Positions 18,042-24,000 of a stretch of DNA of 24,000 nucleotides are shown piece after piece; position 1 is the first letter of the stretch; each line of letters begins with the position of its first letter. Made by a program: the position numbers and the translations under genes. The notes under the pieces are model-generated. The model was not told the origin of the DNA. It saw only the letters and a list, made by a program, of their open reading frames with translations, and searched no databases. This stretch comes from an uncultured Coxiella sp. (GTDB taxonomy: Bacteria; Pseudomonadota; Gammaproteobacteria; Coxiellales; Coxiellaceae). Location: positions 28,195 to 52,194 of the forward strand of contig CAZFAA010000003.1 of assembly GCA_964516605.1 (NCBI GenBank), written 5' to 3'.

Positions 18042-18596
18042 TTATTTTGGATAATTATTTATCTTTAATTCGATACTGTTCACATGATTTGTTTTTAAAT
18101 AAGCAAAATCAGTATCGGCATTTTCTTTTGAAAGATAAGGGCCAACAACAATTCGATATTGAGTTGTTTTATTTGTTGTGGCGGCTATTTTGGTAAAAGC
18201 ATTTAACCCCATGACACCAAGCTTGGTGACCAAATCGTCTGCTGCTGTTTTATCTGTTGATGTAGCTACCTGCAATAAGTAGTAGGGCTGATCTGTCGGA
18301 ACTTGCAATGTTGTCACGTCTCCTTTTTTGATGTCGACACTAATTGCTGGCAGCATCGAGTAAAAATCAAACTCCTTTTGCACGACACGAGCGTTATGTT
18401 TGTCAGGGGGGGGTTGTTTCTTAATAAGGGGTGCAACTTTTATATTAGTCATCTGAAAATGCGGCATATGCATATAATGCGCATAAAAGAGAGTCGGTAT
18501 GGACAAAACCAAGAGTAGAATGATAATAGCAATCGTCCATAGCCGCCGCGATTTTGTTGCAGGTTGTGGGCGCTTCTTGGCGTAGTCTCTATCCAT
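18042..18596 (-). CDS. ftsN: SPOR-domain cell-division protein, FtsN-like (184 aa)
   Basis: The protein has a basic N-terminal cytoplasmic tail MDRDYAKKRPQPATKSRR (compare E. coli FtsN MAQRDYVRRSQPAPSRR) and a single transmembrane helix. A C-terminal SPOR-like domain reads YYLLQVATSTDKTAADDLVTKL...YRIVVGPYLSKENADTDFAYLK. The ftsN-hslVU neighbourhood is as in E. coli. Confidence 0.7.
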   Translation of the reverse strand: MDRDYAKKRPQPATKSRRLWTIAIIILLLVLSIPTLFYAHYMHMPHFQMTNIKVAPLIKKQPPPDKHNARVVQKEFDFYSMLPAISVDIKKGDVTTLQVPTDQPYYLLQVATSTDKTAADDLVTKLGVMGLNAFTKIAATTNKTTQYRIVVGPYLSKENADTDFAYLKTNHVNSIELKINNYPK

Positions 18597-18598
18597 AA

Positions 18599-20104
18599 TT
18601 AGTTACCTGTTGGAGTGGAGATGGTGGTATTGGCTGACGGCAGTGTCGGCTGAGGGATATCAAATGCTGGTTTATTACCATTAATAAGCAGTTGGCCCTG
18701 ATCAAAAGTAAAGGCTAGAGATATCGAGCCATCGTTATTGGGGATCAACATTTTATTTTGCGTGAGGTACGTATACGCTTGCGCTGCGAGCTCCTGAGGT
18801 GTTTGTATAACATTAGCGTTTGCGGCAGCTAGTTTGATTAATTGTTCTGTGTACAAGTGCAATAACCCTTGCTCGATAAAGCTTTGAGGAATGGATGCTT
18901 GTCCTTTTGCAATAACAACATCTTTTAATTCTTGCAAAACCAGTGGTAGCGCTTGTTCAATGTAGGCGTTATTTGGTTGTGCTTGTACTGTGCTGGCATC
19001 AGATTGCGCCTTTGCAATGATAGCATTTAATTTTTTTGCCATACCATCTGTAGCCTTCATGGTAAGCTCTGCTTGCGCAGAGAGTGGGCTTGATGCTAAG
19101 TCTTTAGGTAACCCAAGATACAGTTTGTCTATTTTAAATGTAAAACCATTTTGCAGAACCTGTATGGCTGTTTGTAGTGTTGGGTTGTTTGCTTGCATTT
19201 GCACAGAGGTAGGCTGTTGTAATGCCCGGACATCAACTCCGTTGACGCTGTAATTTAATGTGATAGGTTTTATTGTTTTTTGCATTGCATCAAGAGAGTC
19301 TATATTAAACGCAAAGGATGCATCGATTTTGCTTTTATCGGCTGTTAGGTGAGAGCCTGTGTTAAAGGTTACATTCTTGATTACGGCTAATGGTGTTTTT
19401 GCACCGTGTGCTATGAGTCCTATTAGTAATTTTTCAGCAGAAAAATCATAGGATCCAAGCCAAACAGTTTGGATTTGGCGCCCATTCATGGCGAACTTTA
19501 TATTGTGCATTTCGATTGCGACAGAGGAAGCGGCATTGATAATGTGTGCATTCAATTGAGCAATAGAGAGCGTGTATTGCATTGCTGTGTGGTGGCTACC
19601 TTGTGTATCAAAAAGGATATCGTTGAATGAATAGGTATTGCCTGCAGGGTCATGCAATAGGAAGGTGGAAATATGGGCAAATAAATTAGGTTGCCCATGC
19701 CATGGCAGTAGTGCACCAAAAGCGCCATCAAAATCTGTTGAATGATCGTCGATCACGATGGCGCCGGCTCCCCAATGCACAGAGGACGAGTTATTGCGAT
19801 GAATAAAAAAGAGTGGCCCATGTTTGATGGTGGCAGCGTAAGTGTAGCTTTCATTAAATTTTGTTGATGCTGCTGCAGGCGTGTGGAGCGTTATTTTGAT
19901 TTGCGCATCGGATGAAAACCAGTGCCGCTGGTAATTTTCTGTTGTGACAGTGATGTAATTTGAGTAAGGGGGTGTGCTATTAAACACATTAATATTATCT
20001 AAAGCTAATTGCTGAACGTGTTTTCCAATAAAATAAGGGGCTACAAATAAAATAGTGAGAATAATCGCCATGATGGCGAGTAACGAATAAATGAGTTTAC
20101 GCAT
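18599..20104 (-). CDS. YdgA-like DUF945 family membrane-anchored protein (501 aa)
   Basis: The protein has an N-terminal signal-anchor, MRKLIYSLLAIMAIILTILFVAPYFIGK. Its size and layout resemble E. coli YdgA (502 aa), including the early HGP motif (TIKHGPLFF vs SVDHGPFPL) and a Gln/Ala-rich C-terminal half. The gene ends 2 nt before the ftsN-like start. Confidence 0.65.
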   Translation of the reverse strand: MRKLIYSLLAIMAIILTILFVAPYFIGKHVQQLALDNINVFNSTPPYSNYITVTTENYQRHWFSSDAQIKITLHTPAAASTKFNESYTYAATIKHGPLFFIHRNNSSSVHWGAGAIVIDDHSTDFDGAFGALLPWHGQPNLFAHISTFLLHDPAGNTYSFNDILFDTQGSHHTAMQYTLSIAQLNAHIINAASSVAIEMHNIKFAMNGRQIQTVWLGSYDFSAEKLLIGLIAHGAKTPLAVIKNVTFNTGSHLTADKSKIDASFAFNIDSLDAMQKTIKPITLNYSVNGVDVRALQQPTSVQMQANNPTLQTAIQVLQNGFTFKIDKLYLGLPKDLASSPLSAQAELTMKATDGMAKKLNAIIAKAQSDASTVQAQPNNAYIEQALPLVLQELKDVVIAKGQASIPQSFIEQGLLHLYTEQLIKLAAANANVIQTPQELAAQAYTYLTQNKMLIPNNDGSISLAFTFDQGQLLINGNKPAFDIPQPTLPSANTTISTPTGN

Positions 20105-20212
20105 GTGGGCATCCTGGTGTTACGAAATGCAATCATTATATACCACTGTCGAATGAAGATGCGAACAAAAAGGTACAATAGCTCGATGTATTCTGTTAGT
20201 GACGATCTTGCT

Positions 20213-21970
20213 TTACATTTTTTCTGGCGCTGACAACCCAAGTAATCCTAGGCCATTGGCAATCACCTGCTGTGTCGCACTGTTTAGGCACAGCCTGGCA
20301 TTGCGCAGTTCAGCATCGTCGACTAATACTTTACATTGCGTGTAATAGCTGTGATAAGCATGAGCTAGATCATATAAATAATGCGCCAATTGGTGTGGTT
20401 CAAATTGAGTGGCCGCTTTTTGCAAGAGCCCTGGATATTTCTGCAGGTGTTTGCATAGTTCAATTTCGCTGGTTTCGTTCAAGCGCGACAGAGCTTTCAA
20501 ACCGGCTTCCTGATCAAAGTACCCACTCGATTCTTGGAGTTGACGCCAGACGCTACACAGGCGGGCATGTGCGTATTGTATGTAAAAAACAGGATTCTCA
20601 TTCGATTGTGAGGTAGCCAGTTGCAAATCAAAATCCAAAGGTTGATCGAGTTTTCGCATGATATAAAAATAACGTGCCGCATCGTTACCAACTTCCTGGC
20701 GTAATTCACGCAGTGTGACAAATTCGCCACTGCGCGTTGACATCGACATTTTTTCTGTGCCACGGTAGAGGCTAACAAATTGCACGATAGGGGTGATGAG
20801 TGCATCCTTGCGTCCCGTCATCGCGGCAATACCTGCTTTGAGTCGCTGGATATAACCATGATGATCGGCGCCGAGCACATTAATTAATGTATGGTAACCA
20901 CGCTCTAATTTATTGAGGTGGTAGGCGATGTCTGATGCGAAATAAGTCGTTTGACCATTGGCGCGACGTACCACGCGGTCTTTGTCATCACCGTAAGCGG
21001 TGGTGTTGAACCACAACGCACCATCTTTTTCATAGAGGTGGCCGGCCTGTGTTAAAAAATCGATGCAGTGTTCGATTAATCCATTGTCTGTTAATTGCTG
21101 TTCCGAGAACCATTGATCATACGTCACGTGAAATTCTTGCAGATCATTTTTAATGTCATCCAAGATTGTATTAAGACTTAAGTCGAACACGATCTGGTAA
21201 CGTTCACCAAGCGTGTATTTGGCATTATGAATAATGGCATCGATATGCGCTTCTTTATCGCCTTCAGGACCATCTTGTGGTACGTTTTGCAGTGCACAAT
21301 CGATAGCACAATTCAGCGCATCACCCTGTTGTGCTTGCAGTGTTTTCGCGATATCACGAATGTAATCGCCTTTATAACCATTGGTTGGGAAGGCAAACTG
21401 TGCGCCGTATAACTCAAGGTAACGCAGCCACACGCTGGTAGCCAAAATATTCATCTGCCTTCCGGCGTCATTCACATAATACTCGTTATCCACGGTGTAA
21501 CCGATGGCGCGCAGCATGTTGACGAGGCTTGAGCCATATGCTGCCGCACGACCATGCCCAACGTGCAAAGGTCCGGTCGGATTGGATGAGACGTATTCGA
21601 TGTGGATGGTTTGTTTCGCGCCATACTGTGAGGTTCCGAAGTGCTCTTTTTCGCTGAGGATGGCGCTGATCACCTGAGTATGCACGTCTTTGGCGAGAGT
21701 GAAATTAATAAATCCAGGCCCAGCGATCTCGATTTTTGTAACACTTGTGGTGGCGGGTAGAGCTTTTACAATGAGCTCGGCGAGTTCACGCGGATTTTTG
21801 CCGACTTTTTTAGCGAGGGTTAAAGCGATATTACTGGCTAAGTCACCGTGTTGAGGGTCTTTAGTGTGGTCAATTTTAATTTCAGTGGGTATATCTTGTA
21901 CGTTTAGGACGTTCTGTTGCGATAAAGTAAGTAGCGCGGCCTTAAGTAACGCTGAAATGTCATGTTTCAT
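20213..21970 (-). CDS. argS: Arginine--tRNA ligase (585 aa)
   Basis: The class I HIGH motif (NPTGPLHVGHGR) and an MSTRSG motif are present. The DALR anticodon-binding C-terminus ends in ...PEKM, typical of ArgRS. Confidence 0.97.
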   Translation of the reverse strand: MKHDISALLKAALLTLSQQNVLNVQDIPTEIKIDHTKDPQHGDLASNIALTLAKKVGKNPRELAELIVKALPATTSVTKIEIAGPGFINFTLAKDVHTQVISAILSEKEHFGTSQYGAKQTIHIEYVSSNPTGPLHVGHGRAAAYGSSLVNMLRAIGYTVDNEYYVNDAGRQMNILATSVWLRYLELYGAQFAFPTNGYKGDYIRDIAKTLQAQQGDALNCAIDCALQNVPQDGPEGDKEAHIDAIIHNAKYTLGERYQIVFDLSLNTILDDIKNDLQEFHVTYDQWFSEQQLTDNGLIEHCIDFLTQAGHLYEKDGALWFNTTAYGDDKDRVVRRANGQTTYFASDIAYHLNKLERGYHTLINVLGADHHGYIQRLKAGIAAMTGRKDALITPIVQFVSLYRGTEKMSMSTRSGEFVTLRELRQEVGNDAARYFYIMRKLDQPLDFDLQLATSQSNENPVFYIQYAHARLCSVWRQLQESSGYFDQEAGLKALSRLNETSEIELCKHLQKYPGLLQKAATQFEPHQLAHYLYDLAHAYHSYYTQCKVLVDDAELRNARLCLNSATQQVIANGLGLLGLSAPEKM

Positions 21971-22183
21971 ATCATTTTATCCCAAAGAAAAGTGGGGATT
22001 ATAGCATGGGTGTGGTTCAATGCTAGCGTGGGTGTTCCCGATATTGACTTCGATTAATCGGGAAAATAGAGGATTAGTTGTATAAAAGAGGTTATTTGTT
22101 ACAAACAGAAACATTAAAGACATTGCATTGTTACGCGTTGCTGTTAAATTAGCCAGCATTACAACAAATAAGGCGTTATCCTC

Positions 22184-22891
22184 TTGCAAAGTAGTGGGAC
22201 TAAATCACCCGTTTATTTTGATGCTGCAGAAGCTAATGCTTTAGCTCATGAGTTCTTTGAGCGCCAACAAGCACGCGTAGAAGAGCAGTTAGGCTTGATG
22301 CTTGAGCAGACTCGAGCCGATATTAATTATTGCTTGCGCCGCGCTCCTCAGGAATTGGTAGGGTTATTGCTGCGGTGGCAGTCATTAGATTCCAAACGTG
22401 TAAAAAAGCTAGAAGAGTTGATTGGACACTTGATTGTTTTGTCTTGTGAAAATAAATTCCCATCTCCAGAAGAGCTCAGTAATGGTGTTGAAAGCCAAGA
22501 AAGCATTAATAAAAAAGACATATGCCAGGCATTCTGTACAGCTCCTTTTTGGAAAGAATTGCAGGGACATTTTAAGAAATACAAGGCCTTATCGGATATG
22601 CGGGGTATCTCGAAGTGTGAAGGTACGGCAGAGCAGAAAATTATAAACCAAAGGGATTTCTATACCCGGCATCGTAATATTATTACTGCAGGTGCTGGTA
22701 TTTGGGGGTGTTTATGCCAAGCATTAGAGCAACTATTCTCACGCTTTTCCCGTGTGGCTCCAGCTTCTTCTAGCATGTGTCTTTTTCCGTCCTCAGAAGG
22801 TGTTCCTGGAGCTTTTGAGCGTACTCGACTCAAAAAAGAATTGTCTGTGGCATTGCATAGTTCGGTATTGAAGCCACGCCGTCCTAATTGA
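22184..22891 (+). CDS. Hypothetical protein (ORFan), up to 235 codons; start uncertain (TTG 22184 or ATG 22298)
   Basis: This is the only long ORF in the 970-bp gap between argS and purE. It is predicted mostly helical, has 7 Cys, and carries no motif I recognise. There is no convincing RBS at TTG 22184, and an in-frame TAA sits at 22169. Several alternative-frame ORFs overlap it, so coding status is not certain. Confidence 0.4.
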   Translation: MQSSGTKSPVYFDAAEANALAHEFFERQQARVEEQLGLMLEQTRADINYCLRRAPQELVGLLLRWQSLDSKRVKKLEELIGHLIVLSCENKFPSPEELSNGVESQESINKKDICQAFCTAPFWKELQGHFKKYKALSDMRGISKCEGTAEQKIINQRDFYTRHRNIITAGAGIWGCLCQALEQLFSRFSRVAPASSSMCLFPSSEGVPGAFERTRLKKELSVALHSSVLKPRRPN

Positions 22892-22940
22892 AAAATCCCT
22901 CCGTCTTTGCTATCGTGCACAGTTTTAGAGGCTCGGAATT

Positions 22941-23438
22941 ATGGCCAATAACCCCGTTATAGCGGTGGTAATGGGATCTCAGTCTGACTGGGAGACCATG
23001 CAGCATGCGACACAATTACTCGATCAATTCAATATTGTTTATCACACACAGATTATTTCGGCGCATCGCACGCCGGATTTGCTGTTTTCATTTGCAGAAA
23101 ATGCGCGCCATCATGGCTATCAGGTCATTATTGCTGGTGCAGGTGGTGCAGCGCATTTGCCGGGCATGATTGCGGCCAAAACCTCGCTTCCTGTGATTGG
23201 CGTACCGGTACAATCTCAAGCATTAAATGGATTGGATTCGTTATTGTCGATTGCGCAGATGCCAGCCGGTGTTCCGGTTGCAACGGTGGCGATCGGTGTA
23301 GCGGGAGCGAAAAATGCAGCCTTGCTAGCAGCATCCATTTTGGCGATACACGATGTAGCGTGTCGGGAGAAATTGGATGCGTACCGCGCAACACAAACGC
23401 AAGCTGTGCTCGATAATTTAAAGCCAGGTGAACAATGA
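22941..23438 (+). CDS. purE: N5-carboxyaminoimidazole ribonucleotide mutase PurE (class I, 165 aa)
   Basis: Conserved motifs are [27 protein letters not shown] and PVIGVPV. The gene is followed by purK with an ATGA overlap. Confidence 0.95.
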   Translation: MANNPVIAVVMGSQSDWETMQHATQLLDQFNIVYHTQIISAHRTPDLLFSFAENARHHGYQVIIAGAGGAAHLPGMIAAKTSLPVIGVPVQSQALNGLDSLLSIAQMPAGVPVATVAIGVAGAKNAALLAASILAIHDVACREKLDAYRATQTQAVLDNLKPGEQ

Positions 23439-24000
23439 AAGTAGGCATTTTAGGCGGTGGTCAATTAGCGCAGATGTTGGCTTTGTCGGGTATTCCGCTT
23501 GGACTTGAATTTTATTTCTTTGAGCAAATGGCCACGCGCAGTGTGGAGCATTTAGGACCTTTAACAATCGCTTCGTTTACAGATTCTAGTGCGTTAGCGC
23601 GTTTTGCAGCGCAGGTAGATGTGATTACTTTTGAAAGTGAAAACATTCCGCATGACACGCTTGAGTGTTTAATGCAACACACGAGTGTGCACCCTGGAGT
23701 AAAATCTCTTGTTACAACGCAAAATCGTCTGAATGAAAAAATGTTATGTGATGAATTGCACATTCCAACCGTGCGTTATCAAGCAGTGCGTTCTGTAGCG
23801 GAGTTACAACAAGCCGCTTCTGTTTTAGGATTTCCGTTTATCGTAAAAACGGTCAGTGGTGGTTACGATGGCAAAGGGCAATACCGTTTGTGTAACCAAG
23901 AAGATTTACAGAATGTGCCATTTTCACAAGATGTTATGTATTTAGCAGAGGAATGGGTGGCGTTTGATTGTGAAGTGTCATGCATCATGGTGCGCAGTCA
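23435..24000 (+). CDS. purK: N5-carboxyaminoimidazole ribonucleotide synthase PurK, N-terminal 188 codons (runs off the window end)
   Basis: The open frame from ATG 23435 reads [19 protein letters not shown]...[20 protein letters not shown]. This is the PurK N-domain plus the start of the ATP-grasp domain (E. coli: VLGNGQLGRML ... GGYDGRGQW). It is not in the ORF track because no stop falls within the window. Confidence 0.9.
   Translation, partial: MKVGILGGGQLAQMLALSGIPLGLEFYFFEQMATRSVEHLGPLTIASFTDSSALARFAAQVDVITFESENIPHDTLECLMQHTSVHPGVKSLVTTQNRLNEKMLCDELHIPTVRYQAVRSVAELQQAASVLGFPFIVKTVSGGYDGKGQYRLCNQEDLQNVPFSQDVMYLAEEWVAFDCEVSCIMVRS

Noticed and set aside
17921-18196. 91-aa plus-strand ORF spanning the AT-rich intergenic region and the 3' end of the ftsN-like gene.
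   Set aside because: It is an AT-rich, Leu/Phe/Ile-dominated translation, antisense to a better-supported gene, with no start context.
21977-22189. 70-aa minus-strand ORF in the argS upstream region. The same region also has short direct repeats (GCRTGGGTGT twice at about 22004 and 22026; TTGTTAC twice at about 22096 and 22128).
   Set aside because: The ORF has no RBS, is low-complexity and hydrophobic, and lies in a promoter-type intergenic region. The repeats are short enough to occur by chance, and I cannot link them to a known operator.
1-24000. Search for CRISPR repeats, tRNA or rRNA, IS or transposase and integrase genes, toxin-antitoxin pairs or defence-island-like gene sets.
   Set aside because: I saw no regularly spaced repeats, no tRNA-like cloverleaf sequence in the intergenic regions I read, and no ORF with transposase, integrase, nuclease or ATPase defence motifs. 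All large ORFs are accounted for by housekeeping functions except the two unknowns reported above.

Overview
This 24 kb window looks like ordinary core genome from a gammaproteobacterium. Gene content and protein N-termini suggest a Legionellales-like organism (HslV beginning MEQFRGTTI, a PanG-type pan operon, an lsp-like T2SS), but that is an unverified inference. Almost every gene is housekeeping and most lie on the minus strand. In order: type II secretion genes gspF (5' part), gspE and gspD; an 857-aa signal-peptide protein of unknown function; a pantothenate operon (panG-like, panB, panC, panD); pgk-pyk; ubiE-ubiJ-ubiB; hslV-hslU; a small outer-membrane beta-barrel protein; an FtsN-like SPOR protein; a YdgA/DUF945-like protein; argS; a 235-codon ORFan; purE and the start of purK. 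I found no tRNA, rRNA, CRISPR array, IS element, integrase or recognisable defence module, and no convincing multi-gene novel system. Four things deserve a second look. (1) The uncharacterised multi-domain secreted protein sits directly beside the T2SS genes. (2) hslV is cut by two in-frame stop codons 9 nt apart, yet it is otherwise well conserved and has a good sigma-32-type promoter and an intact hslU. (3) The ORFan between argS and purE has no family I can recognise. (4) ubiE has no ATG, GTG or TTG available and apparently starts at CTG behind a perfect Shine-Dalgarno. The supplied ORF track translates GTG and TTG starts as M, and several tracks over-extend the true N-terminus. I re-set those starts by alignment to well-known orthologues recalled from memory.
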